NCBI GenBank assembly: GCA_964016885.1
Contig: OZ024747.1
Span: 90,396,001-90,460,000 of the forward strand
Reading direction: 5' to 3'
DNA length: 64,000 nt
Source of the DNA: Eledone cirrhosa
Taxonomy: Eukaryota
Made by a program: the position numbers and the translations under genes. The notes beneath the pieces were generated by a model that was given only the letters and a program-made list of their open reading frames with translations, was not told the origin of the DNA and searched no databases. This document shows, piece by piece, positions 30,001-43,400 of the stretch. Each line of letters begins with the position of its first letter. Position 1 is the first letter of the stretch.

Positions 30001-33000
30001 GTCTCCCTTTCCTTATCTCACCTCTATCTCTGTAAACACACTATGTCTCCCTTTCCTTATCTCACCTCTATCTTTGTAAACACACTATGTCTCCCTTTCC
30101 TTATCTCACCTCTATCTCTGTAAACACACTATGTCTCCCTTTACTTATCTCACCTCTATCTCTGTAAACACACTATGTCTCCCTTTCCTTATCTCACCTC
30201 TATCTCTGTAAACACACTATGTCTCCCTTTCCTTATCTCACCTCTATCTCTGTAAACACACTATGTCTCCCTTTCCTTATCTCACCCCTATGTCTGTAAA
30301 CACACTATGTCTCCCTTTCCTTATCTCACCTCTATCTTTATAAACACACTATGTCTCCCTTTCCTTATCTCACATCTATCTCTGTAAACACATTATGTCC
30401 CCCTTTCCTTATCTCACCTCTATCTTTGTAAACACACTATGTCTTCCTTTCCTTATCTCACCTCTATCTCTGTAAACACACTATGTCTCCCTTTCCTTAT
30501 CTCACCTCTATCTCTGTAAACACACTATGTCTCCCTTTCCTTATCTCACCTCTATCTCTGTAAACACACTATGTCGCCCTTTCCTTATCTCACCTCTATC
30601 TCTGTAAACACACTATGTATCCCTTTCCTTATCTCACCTCTATCTTTGTAAATACACTATGTCTCCCTTTCCTTATCTCACCTCTATCTTTGTAAACACA
30701 CTATGTCTCCCTTTCCTTATCTCACCCCTATGTCTGTAAACACACTATGTCTCCCTTTCCTTATCTCACCTCTAACTCTGTAAACACACTATGTCTCCCT
30801 TTCCTTATCTCACCTCTATCTTTGTAAACACACTATGTCTCCCTTTCCTTATCTCACCTCTATCTTTGTAAACACACTATGTCTCTCTTTCCTTATCTCA
30901 CCCCTATGTCTGTAAACACACTATGTCTCCCTTTCCTTATCTCACCTCTAACTCTGTAAACACACTATGTCTCCCTTTCCTTATCTCACCTCTATCTCTG
31001 TAAACACACTATGTCTCCCTTTCCTTATCTCACCTCTAACTCTGTAAACACACTATGTCTCCCTTTCCTTATCTCACCTCTATCTCTGTAAACACACTAT
31101 GTCTCCCTTTCCTTATCTCACCTCTATCTCTGTAAACACACTATGTCTCTCTTTCCTTATCTCACCCCTATGTCTGTAAACACACTGTCTCTCTTTCCTT
31201 ATCTCACCCCTATGTCTGTAAACACACTATGTCTCCCTTTCCTTATCTCACCTCTATCTCTGTAAACACACTATGTCTCCCTTTCCTCATCTCACCTCTA
31301 TCTCTGTAAACACACTATGTCTCTCTTTCCTTATCTCACCTCTATTTCTGTAAACACACTATGTCTCCCTTTCCTTATCTCACCTCTATCTCTGTAAACA
31401 CACTATGTCTCCCTTTCCTCATCTCACCTCTATCTTTGTAAACACACTATGTCTCCCTTTCCCTATCTCACCTCTATCTCTGTAAACACACTATGTCTCT
31501 CTTTCCTTATCTCACCCCTATGTCTGTAAACACACTATGTCTCCCTTTCCTTATCTCACCTCTATCTTTATAAACACACTATGTCTCCCTTTCCTTATCT
31601 CACCTCTATCTCTGTAAACACACTATATCTCCCTTTCCTTATCTCACCTCTAACTCTGTAAACACACTATGTCTCCCTTTCCTTATCTCACCTCTATCTC
31701 TGTAAACACACTATGTCTCCCTTTCCTTATCTCACCTCTATCTCTATAAACACACTATGTCTCTCTTTCCTTATCTCACCCCTATGTCTGTAAACACACT
31801 ATGTCTCCCTTTCCTTATCTCACCTCTAACTCTGTAAACACACTATGTCTCCCTTTCCTTATCTCACCTCTATCTCTGTAAACACACTATGTCTCCCTTT
31901 CCTTATCTCACCTCTATCTCTGTAAACACACTATGTCTCCCTTTCCTTATCTCACCCCTATGTTTGTAAACACACTATGTCTCCCTTTCCTTATCTCACC
32001 TCTATCTTTATAAACACACTATGTCTCCCTTTCCTTATCTCACCTCTATCTCTGTAAACACACTATGTCTCCCTTTCCTTATCTCACCTCTATCTCTGTA
32101 AACACACTATGTCTCCCTTTCCTTATCTCACCTCTAACTCTGTAAACACACTATGTCTCCCTTTCCTTATCTCACCTCTATCTCTGTAAACACACTATGT
32201 CTCCCTTTCCTTACCTCACCTCTAACTCTGTAAACACACTATGTCTCCCTTTCCTTATCTCACCTCTATCTCTGTAAACACACTATGTCTCCCTTTCCTT
32301 ATCTCACCTCTATCTCTGTAAACACACTATGTCTCCCTTTCCTTATCTCACCTCTATCTCTGTAAACACACTATGTCTCCCTTTCCTTATCTCACCTCTA
32401 TCTCTGTAAACACACTATGTCTCCCTTTCCTTATCTCACCCCTATGTCTGTAAACACACTATGTCTCCCTTTCCTTATCTCACCTCTATCTCTGTAAACA
32501 CACTATGTCTCCCTTTCCTTATCTCACCTCTATCTTTGTAAACACACTATGTCTTCCTTTCCTTATCTCACCTCTATCTCTGTAAACACACTATGTCTCC
32601 CTTTCCTTATCTCACCTCTATCTTTGTAAACACACTATGTCTCCCTTTCCTTATCTCACCTCTATCTTTGTAAACACACTATGTCTCCCTTTCCTTATCT
32701 CACCTCTATCTCTGTAAACACACTATGTCTCCCTTTCCTTATCTCACCTCTATCTTTGTAAATACACTATGTCTCCCTTTCCTTATCTCACCTCTATCTT
32801 TGTAAACACACTATGTCTCCCTTTCCTTATCTCACCCCTATGTCTGTAAACACACTATGTCTCCCTTTCCTTATCTCACCTCTATCTTTGTAAACACACT
32901 ATGTCTCCCTTTCCTTATCTCACCTCTATCTCTGTAAACACACTATGTCTCCCTTTCCTTATCTCACCTCTATCTTTGTAAACACACTATGTCTCCCTTT

Positions 33001-36000
33001 CCTTATCTCACCTCTATCTTTGTAAACACACTATGTCTCCCTTTCCTTATCTCATCTCTATATTTATAAACACACTATGTCTTCCTTTCCTTATCTCACC
33101 TCTATCTTTGTAAACACACTATGTCTCCATTTCCTTATCTCATCTCTATATTTATAAACACACTATGTCTTCCTTTCCTTATCTCACCTCTATCTTTATA
33201 AACACACTATGTCTCTCATTCCTTATCTCACCTCTATCTCTGTAAACACACTATGTCTCCCTTTCCTTATCTCACCTCTATCTTTGTAAACACACTATGT
33301 CTCCCTTTCCTTATCTCACCCCTATGTCTGTAAACACACTATGTCTCTCTTTCCTTATCTCACCTCTATCTTTATAAACACACTTTGTCTCCCTTTGCTT
33401 ATCTCACCTCTATCTCTGTAAACACACTATGTCTCCCATTCCTTATCTCACCTCTATCTCTTTAAACACACTATGTCTCCCTTTCCTTATCTCACCTCTA
33501 TCTCTGTAAACACACTATGTCTCCCTTTCCTTATCTCACCTCTATCTCTGTAAACACACTATGTCTCCCTTTGCTTATCTCACCTCTATCTCTGTAAACA
33601 CACTATGTCTCCCATTCCTTATCTCACCTCTATCTCTGTAAACACACTATGTCTCCCTTTCCTTATCTCACCTCTATCTCTGTAAACACACTATGTCTCC
33701 CTTTCCTTATCTCACCTCTATCTTTATAAACACACTTTGTCTCCCTTTGCTTATCTCACCTCTATCTTTGTAAACACACTATGTCTCCCATTCCTTATCT
33801 CACCTCTATCTCTGTAAACACACTATGTCTCCCTTTCCTTATCTCACCTCTATCTCTGTAAACACACTATGTCTCCCTTTCCTTATCTCACCTCTATCTC
33901 TGTAAACACACTATGTCTCCCTTTCCTTATCTCACCTCTATCTCTGTAAACACAATATGTCTCCCTTTCCTTATCTCACCTCTATCTCTGTAAACACACT
34001 ATGTCTCCCATTCCTTATCTCACCTCTATCTCTTTAAACACACTATGTCTCCCTTTCCTTATCTCACCTCTATCTTTATAAACACACTTTGTCTCCCTTT
34101 GCTTATCTCACCTCTATCTTTGTAAACACACTATGTCTCCCTTTCCTTATCTCACCCCTATCTTTATAAACACACTATGTCTCCCTTTCCTTATCTCACC
34201 CCTATCTTTATAAACACATTATGTCTCCCTTTCCTTATCTCACCTCTATCTTTATAAACACACTATGTCTCCCTTTCCTTATCTCACCTCTATCTTTGTA
34301 AACACACTATGTCTCCCTTTCCTTATCTCACCCCTATCTTTATAAACACACTATGTCTCTCTTTCCTTATCTCACCTCTATCTCTGTAAACACACTATGT
34401 CTCTCTTTCCTTATCTCACCTCTATCTCTGTAAACACACTATGTCTCTCTTTCCTTATCTCACCTCTATCTCTGTAAACACACTATGTCTCCCTTTCCTT
34501 ATCTCACCCCTATCTTTATAAACACACTATTCCCTCCGTTTCCTTATCTCACCCCTATCTTTATAAACACATTATGTCTCTCTTTCCTTATCTCACCTCT
34601 ATCTTTGTAAACACACTATGTCTCCCTTTCCTTATCTCACCTCTATCTTTATAAACACACTATGTCTCCCTTTCATTATCTCACCTCTATCTTTGTAAAC
34701 ACACTATGTCTCCCTTTCCTTATCTCACCCCTATCTTTATAAACACACTATGTCTCTCTTTCCTTATCTCACCTCTATCTCTGTAAACACACTATGTCTC
34801 TCTTTCCTTATCTCACCTCTATGTCTGTAAACACACTATGTCTCTCTTTCCTTATCTCACCTCTATCTCTGTAAACACACTATGTCTCTCTTTCCTTATC
34901 TCACCTCTATCTCTGTAAACACACTATGTCTCTCTTTCCTTATCTCACCTCTAACTCTGTAAACACACTATGTCTCCCTTTCCTTATCTCACCTCTATCT
35001 CTGTAAACACACTATGTCTCCCTTTCCTTATCTCACCTCTATCTCTGTAAACACACTATGTCTCCCTTTCCTTATCTCACCTCTATCTTTATAAACACAC
35101 TATGTCTCCCTTTCCTTATCTCACCTCTATCTTTGTAAACACACTATGTCTCCCTTTCCTTATCTCACCCCTATCTTTATAAACACACTATGTCTCTCTT
35201 TCCTTATCTCACCTCTATCTCTGTAAACACACTATGTCTCTCTTTCCTTATCTCACCTCTATGTCTGTAAACACACTATGTCTCTCTTTCCTTATCTCAC
35301 CTCTATCTCTGTAAACACACTATGTCTCTCTTTCCTTATCTCACCTCTATCTCTGTAAACACACTATGTCTCTCTTTCCTTATCTCACCTCTAACTCTGT
35401 AAACACACTATGTCTCCCTTTCCTTATCTCACCTCTATCTCTGTAAACACACTATGTCTCCCTTTCCTTATCTCACCTCTATCTCTGTAAACACACTATG
35501 TCTCCCTTTCCTTATCTCACCTCTATCTTTGTAAACACACTATGTCTCCCTTTCCTTATCTCACCTCATCTTTGTAAACACACTATGTCTCCCTTTCCTT
35601 ATCTCACCTCATCTTTGTAAATACACTATGTCTCTCTTTCCTTATCTCACCTCTATCTTTGTAAACACACTATGTCTCCCTTTCCTTATCTCACCTCTAT
35701 CTTTATAAACACACTGTGTCTCCCTTTCCTTATCTCACCTCTATCTTTGTAAACACACTATGTCTCCCTTTCCTTATCTCACCTCTATCTTTGTAAACAC
35801 ACTATGTCTCCCTTTCCTTATCTCACCTCATCTTTGTAAATACACTATGTCTCTCTTTCCTTATCTCACCTCTATCTTTGTAAACACACTATGTCTCCCT
35901 TTCCTTATCTCACCTCTATCTTTATAAACACACTGTGTCTCCCTTTCCTTATCTCACCTCTATCTTTGTAAACACACTATGTCTCCCTTTCCTTATCTCA

Positions 36001-38871
36001 CCCCTATCTTTATAAACACACTATGTCTCCCTTTCCTTATCTCACCTCTATCTTTGTAAACACACTATGTCTCCCTTTCCTTATCTCACCTCTATCTTTA
36101 TAAACACACTGTGTCTCCCTTTCCTTATCTCACCTCTATCTTTGTAAACACACTATGTCTCCCTTTCCTTATCTCACCCCTATCTTTATAAACACACTAT
36201 GTCTCCCTTTCCTTATCTCACCTCTATCTTTGTAAACACACTATGTCTCCCTTTCCTTATCTCACCCCTATCTTTATAAACACACTATGTCTCCCTTTCC
36301 TTATCTCACCTCTATCTTTGTAAACACACTATGTCTCCCTTTCCTTATCTCACCTCTATCTCTGTAAACACACTATGTCTCTCTTTCCTTATCTCACCTC
36401 TATCTCTGTAAACACACTATGTCTCCCTTTCCTTATCTCACCTCTATCTTTATAAACACACTGTGTCTCCCTTTCCTTATCTCACCTCTATCTTTATAAA
36501 CACACTGTGTCTCTCTTTCCTTATCTCACCTCTATCTTTGTAAACACACTATGTCTCCCTTTCCTTATCTCACCCCTATCTTTATAAACACACTATGTCT
36601 CCCTTTCCTTATCTCACCTCTATCTTTATAAACACACTATGTCTCCCTTTCCTTATCTCACCTCTATCTTTGTAAACACACTATGTCTTCCTTTCCTTAT
36701 CTCACCTCTATCTCTGTAAACACACTATGTCTCCCTTTCCTTATCTCACCTCTATCTTTGTAAATATACTATGTCTCCCTTTCCTTATCTCACCTCTATC
36801 TTTGTAAACACACTATGTCTCCCTTTCCTTATCTCACCCCTATGTCTGTAAACACACTATGTCTCCCTTTCCTTATCTCACCTCTATCTTTGTAAACACA
36901 CTATGTCTCCCTTTCCTTATCTCACCTCTATCTCTGTAAACACACTATGTCTCCCTTTCCTTATCTCACCTCTATCTCTGTAAACACACTATGTCTCCCT
37001 TTCCTTATCTCACCTCTATCTTTATAAACACACTATGTCTCCATTTCCTTATCTCATCTCTATCTTTATAAACACACTATGTCTTCCTTTCCTTATCTCA
37101 CCTCTATCTTTATAAACACACTATGTCTCTCATTCCTTATCTCACCTCTATCTCTGTAAACACACTATGTCTCCCTTTCCTTATCTCACCTCTATCTCTG
37201 TAAACACACTATGTCTCCCTTTCCTTATCTCACCTCTATCTCTGTAAACACACTATGTCTCCCTTTCCTTATCTCACCTCTATCTCTGTAAACACACTAT
37301 GTCTCCCTTTCCTTATCTCACCCCTATGTCTGTAAACACACTATGTCTCCCTTTCCTTATCTCACCTCTATCTTTATAAACACACTATGTCTCCCTTTCC
37401 TTATCTCACCTCTATCTCTGTAAACACACTATGTCTCCCTTTCCTTATCTCACCTCTATCTCTGTAAACACACTATGTCTCCCTTTCCTTATCTCACCTC
37501 TATCTCTGTAAACACACTATGTCTCCCTTTCCTTATCTCACCTCTAACTCTGTAAACACACTATGTCTCCCTTTCCTTATCTCACCTCTATCTCTGTAAA
37601 CACACTATGTCTCCCTTTCCTTATCTCACCTCTAACTCTGTAAACACACTATGTCTCCCTTTCCTTATCTCACCTCTATCTCTGTAAACACACTATGTCT
37701 CCCTTTCTTTATCTCACCTCTATCTCTGTAAACACACTATGTCTCCCTTTCCTTATCTCACCTCTATCTCTGTAAACACACTATGTCTCCCTTTCCTTAT
37801 CTCACCTCTAACTCTGTAAACACACTATGTCTCCCTTTCCTTATCTCACCTCTATCTCTGTAAACACACTATGTCTCCCTTTCTTTATCTCACCTCTATC
37901 TCTGTAAACACACTATGTCTCCCTTTCCTTATCTCACCTCTATCTTTATAAACACACTATGTCTCCATTTCCTTATCTCATCTCTATCTTTATAAACACA
38001 CTATGTCTTCCTTTCCTTATCTCACCTCTATCTTTATAAACACACTATGTCTCTCATTCCTTATCTCACCTCTATCTCTGTAAACACACTATGTCTCCCT
38101 TTCCTTATCTCACCTCTATCTCTGTAAACACACTATGTCTCCCTTTCCTTATCTCACCTCTATCTCTGTAAACACACTATGTCTCCCTTTCCTTATCTCA
38201 CCCCTATGTCTGTAAACACACTATGTCTCCCTTTCCTTATCTCACCTCTATCTTTATAAACACACTATGTCTCCCTTTCCTTATCTCACCTCTATCTCTG
38301 TAAACACACTATGTCTCCCTTTCCTTATCTCACCTCTATCTTTGTAAACACACTATGTCTTCCTTTCCTTATCTCACCTCTATCTCTGTAAACACACTAT
38401 GTCTCCCTTTCCTTATCTCACCTCTATCTTTGTAAACACACTATGTCTCCCTTTCCTTATCTCACCTCTATCTCTGTAAACACACTATGTCTCCCTTTCC
38501 TTATCTCACCTCTATCTTTGTAAATACACTATGTCTCCCTTTCCTTATCTCACCTCTATCTTTGTAAACACACTATGTCTCCCTTTCCTTATCTCACCCC
38601 TATGTCTGTAAACACACTATGTCTCCCTTTCCTTATCTCACCTCTATCTTTGTAAACACACTATGTCTCCCTTTCCTTATCTCACCTCTATCTCTGTAAA
38701 CACACTATGTCTCCCTTTCCTTATCTCACCAATATCTTTGTAAACACACTATGTCTCCCTTTCCTTACCTCACCTCTATCTCTGTAAACACACTATGTCT
38801 CCATTTCCTTATCTCATCTCTATCTTTATAAACACACTATGTCTTCCTTTCCTTATCTCACCTCTATCTTT
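1..38871. repeat. 44-bp tandem satellite, block 1 (about 880 monomers; continues beyond the left edge)
   Basis: AAACACAC recurs every 44 nt (e.g. 251 and 295). The consensus has 9 A, 16 C, 17 T, 2 G and no CpG. Recurrent variants include ..TCTGT/TTTGT/TTTAT/TATGT, CCCCTATGTC, CTAACTC and CTCATT, plus occasional 1-2 nt indels. Confidence 0.99.
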
Positions 38872-40384
38872 TGATAACAACAACACCACCAACGACAACA
38901 ACAACACAAACAAACAAAATTTCTCCTTCGCCGAGACGACAAGGAAAACTCTCGACTATCTGCCAGTAGATATAACAAAAGCGAAGGAGCTACTGGCGGA
39001 TGCGAAAAAATATATAGTGTACGGGGAAAATGGTTCATTCACAATCCATTCCCCCCCGGAACTAAAAAGCCAGAGACTCCTAAACACGGTCATGTTTAGG
39101 ACAATCTCGAACAAAAGTAAAAAACCAGCTCAACCATCACAGAGCGAGATAGAGCTGGTTTTAAAAGACGTCATGAAGGACATCACCTTCATTCAGAAGG
39201 ATAGACTCTACGGGAGTCTATCCATTCTCATGAAGGACAGGGACACAGCAGTGAAACTGTCCATCAAACCAATCACATCCACCGCATACACCTTCTACCC
39301 TACGTACATGGGTAGAAGAACACAAAAAATAAAAATCCACACCATCCTGCCGATTATGGACATATGGTGGGTTTTGACAGGTTTTCTGGACCTGGAGGAT
39401 GACATGCTGGTGTCCATGGGAAAGGCATCGGGTGACGCGTTCAGTGGAACGAGCCTCGAACTTGTAGTTCAAATGAGGCCCGAAAGGATCGCCCAGATCC
39501 CTGAACGCGTCATACTGGATGATCTAACCTTCATCAACATTACCGTTGAGGGTAGACGGCCCTCGTGTTACCTCTGCGGAACCAGAGGTCACCTGAGGGC
39601 TGTCTGTCCCCAACTTAATAAGAAAACCCCAATCCTGCCTACACCACCAACAACTGCACAACCAACACAATCACCACAACTACCACTACAAAAACAACCA
39701 CCACAGCTCAAACCAAAACAAAACAATGTCCAACCCATCCCCTCCACTCAAAAAACAAAAACAATTTCCAAAACACCCGTACCGCAAACACAACCCGAAA
39801 ATATACCCCTCCCCTCCAACGCGGAAGATGACCCTAGTTCGTCGTCAGACGAGGAGGAGCACTTCCACACAATCAAAAGAAAAAAAAGAAAACACACCTC
39901 AGACACACAAATGAAAAAAAACCCTCCCCAAAACATAACACTGACACCAACACAAAAGAGCTCACAACAGCAAACAAAAAACACCACACAAAAACAAAAA
40001 CATGCATACACATACATAAATACAAGAAACAAAAAACTGTTAAACATTGTGTACAACAACAATCTAATAAAAACACAAGGGCCTAACTTCACCCAGGCAG
40101 GGGATTTCCCCCACCTCAAAATGATTAAGGCCCCACAGGACACCTATAAAACTTTAAAAAACAATTTTAAAGAGGACGTGGGTCCCCCCTGCGTCGGGCC
40201 CATTAACCGCGTCCTCCTAAAAAACTATCCCACCCCCTCCCCAAACACCCTCACAACTCCAAGCTCCCCAACCACACAACACACTGATGCCCCCACACTT
40301 CCACAAACCACCACCCCACCCAACAACCCATCCCCCACCCTAATGGAAATTGTGCAGCCCGATACCCGGGACGCAGAGAGGTAA
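38872..40384 (+). pseudogene. 5'-truncated ORF1 of copy A (lacks about 93 N-terminal codons)
   Basis: Near-identical to copy B ORF1 from DNNNTTND onward. The ORF-track start at 38795 lies in the satellite. Confidence 0.88.
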
Positions 40385-40408
40385 GTGCCTTTTCTCTTCA
40401 CCACCAAC

Positions 40409-43400
40409 ATGGCTATGCTAAGAGTAGGCTGTTTAAATGCGCGTGGCCTGGGCTCAACTTGGAAGCAAGCAATGCTTCTAAATGACCTCAGGTCACAACG
40501 TATAGATGTGATGGTTATTTGCGAGGCCCGGATCAGCAACGTGCGACAGCTGGCCCCCACCTTTGATGACTTTGAGATGCACGCATCTCTCTGTCAGCCC
40601 GGAGGTGGGGGTGGAGTTGTCGTTCTGCTGCAAAAACATCTGGGTCTCGCAACACAGATGGTACATTTGGACCCGGAGGGTCGACTAGTGGTTCTGGACC
40701 TTGGCAGTGGTAAAGGCGGAGCGTTTAGGTTGGTAGCCGCCTACGGCTCTTTCGGGTCAATGCGGCCGGACTTCTTCCATCGTCTGGAGACTTTTCTAGG
40801 GACGTCCCGCTCCTTGCTATTAGTGGGGGACTGGAATGGTATCCTAGATGCACGCTGGGACTACGTAGGGGCCTGCCCCGATAGAGAGGGGTGTAATAGC
40901 CTCAAAGGGTTAATCGGTCGATTTGACCTGGCCGATAGATATCGACTAGATTTTCCGACTGCGTCAACCTGGACTTGGGCAAATCGTAGCGGATCATCTA
41001 GGTCGTACCTAGATAGGTTCTTAGTTAGAATTAAGGATAAGGACTTTTTAAGTTGTCCAAAAATGCGCATGGTTGGCTATTCAGACCACAAATTAGTGAC
41101 CTGCATGGTCAACCTTGACAGAACTCATAGACAGGGCCCCGGTTACTGGAAGCTCAACTTGTCCTTGCCGGCAAGTAGAGCCTACAGGAATCGGATTAGT
41201 ACGTTAGTTAAGGAACGGTTGACTGGAGCGATCGTCAACAGCAGGTGGTGGGTATCTCTAAAGAGAGAGATTAGAGTAGTCTCGATAGAATTTAGTAAGG
41301 TTCTAGCTGCGGATAGGAATAGGAAGGAAAGGGAGCTAATAGATAGAGTAGAAGAGGCAATTAGAAGCGGCGACGTGGCCAGAGTGCTAGCGTCGAGAAC
41401 GGCTTTGAGCCAGTTTTTCGACGCGAAGCACGAAGGCTGCGTTGTCCGAAGTAAAATACGTGCTCTAGGGAACGAGGGGACCAAAGCTGTTAGCTGGGCC
41501 CGCGTGACAGAGGCCAACAGTGGAACTAAATCCACCATCCGGTCTTTGCGAGACCTGGATGGACGGGCGATTCTTGAGCCTAAGCAGATGTGTGAGGCCT
41601 TTCAAAGGCACTTTGCCCGACTGTTCGGGAGGGGCGGGGAGCCGGTTGGGAACGTGGACTTCGGTCCATACCTCGACGGCCTGCCGCGCCTCTCGGACAG
41701 GGAGGCGAAGTCCTGCGAGGAGCCGATTTCGGCCGCTGAGATAGAGGACGTGCTGAGCCAATGCGCAAAACGCAAATCCCCGGGTCTCGATGGTCTTCCT
41801 TACGAATTATATCTAGCTATGCCGGACTTGTTCCCCGATCTCCTCGAGGCGGTCTACTGCAACTGGCAACAGAACGGGAGAATTCCTTGTACTGTGACCA
41901 AGGGCGTAGTCACGCTAGTGAGGAAGGACGAGAACAAGGGGGACGAAATAAGTAACTTCAGGCCCATAACACTGCTAAATACAGAGTTACAGATTTTGGC
42001 CAAGGTGCTAGCAAAGAGGTTGGCGCTTGTCGTGGGCAACCTGGTGGGAGATGCGCAGACATGCGCTATCCCATCCAGGTCCATCCATGACAACCTCCAC
42101 CTCATGCGATACATCATAGAGAGGGTTGGGAACGAACCCGGCTTTGGTGGGGCTCTGATCAACTTGGATCAATCTAAGGCGTTCGATAGGGTCGACCATG
42201 GTTACCTGGATGCGGTGCTAGCGGCGGCAGGCTTCGGACCCGTTTTCAGGGGCTGGATCACTGCTATGCACAGCAGCCGCATCTGCTCTAGGGTCAAGGT
42301 GAACGGCTACCTCTCGGAGCCGTTCAAAGTCGCGCGGTCCATCCGACAAGGGTGCCTTCTCTCCTCCCTTCTGTATGTATTGACTCTCGAGCCACTACTG
42401 CGGAAGTTGGAGTTGTTGCAGGGCATCCCTTTGGAACCGGGATTGCGGAAAGCGGTGTCGGCCTACGCCGATGACGTGACAGTAATGGTGTCGACGGCCT
42501 CCGAAATCGAGGCGGTCGGCACCTTACTGGAGGAGTACGAAAAGTTCACAGGGGCTAAGCTGAACCGGGACAAGTCGATCGGTTTGCAACTCGGCACGTG
42601 GAGGGGCAGACCGATGCCCTCCGATAGCGTCGTCGGACGCTGGACGGAGGGCCCGGTGAAGTTGCTCGGGGTCTGGTTCGGACCGGACCTCCAGGTGGAG
42701 AAAAACTGGACGGAGGTTACGAACAGGGTGTTTGCACTGACCCAGAAGTGGGCCAGTTGCAAACTATCCCTGAAAGGTCGGGCGGAGGTGGCGAACACCT
42801 ACATAGCGTCCGTCATCTACTACCGCCTGACCGTAGTGCCCTGCCCAAGGGAAACCCTCACCAAGATGGAGCGCGCGCTCTTCCAATTCCTTTGGAAGAG
42901 GCGGGCTCCTATGGTGAGGAGATCCATCTGCTGTCAACACCCTTCGAAAGGAGGGCTGGGGATGCCGTGGCTAATGATGCGTAAACACGCATTAAGGCTA
43001 CGGCACCTCTACGTATTCCTCACCGGACAACCGGTGTGGGCCTCGTTTGTGAGACGAACCTTTCCCAGACTCGTCTCACTCACCGAGCTGCAATCCTGGG
43101 TCAAGCAAAGACCGAGAAAACTGGGCGCCTGGCACACTGAGTGTGCCCAGGCGCTCACCGCCCTCTGGCAGGCGGATCCGGTTATCAGTGGAGACTCCAC
43201 CGCAACATTCTATAGAGGGCTGGTACGCAGCAGGTGCGACGACGCCCTCGGAGAAGCCCTAGACATGGAGGAGGACGAACTGGCCAGCCTGTTCGGTAGG
43301 ACATTCAGCCCGGGACCTATGGACAACTTCCAGAAGTCCCTGGCCTGGCAGTGCTACCGAGGGGCTTTACCCGTTCGAGAAAGGCTCTACAGACACGGGC

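Noticed and set aside
1-38871. CRISPR array or telomeric repeat
   Set aside because: Monomers are contiguous with no unique spacers, there are no cas genes, and no short G-rich telomeric motif is present.
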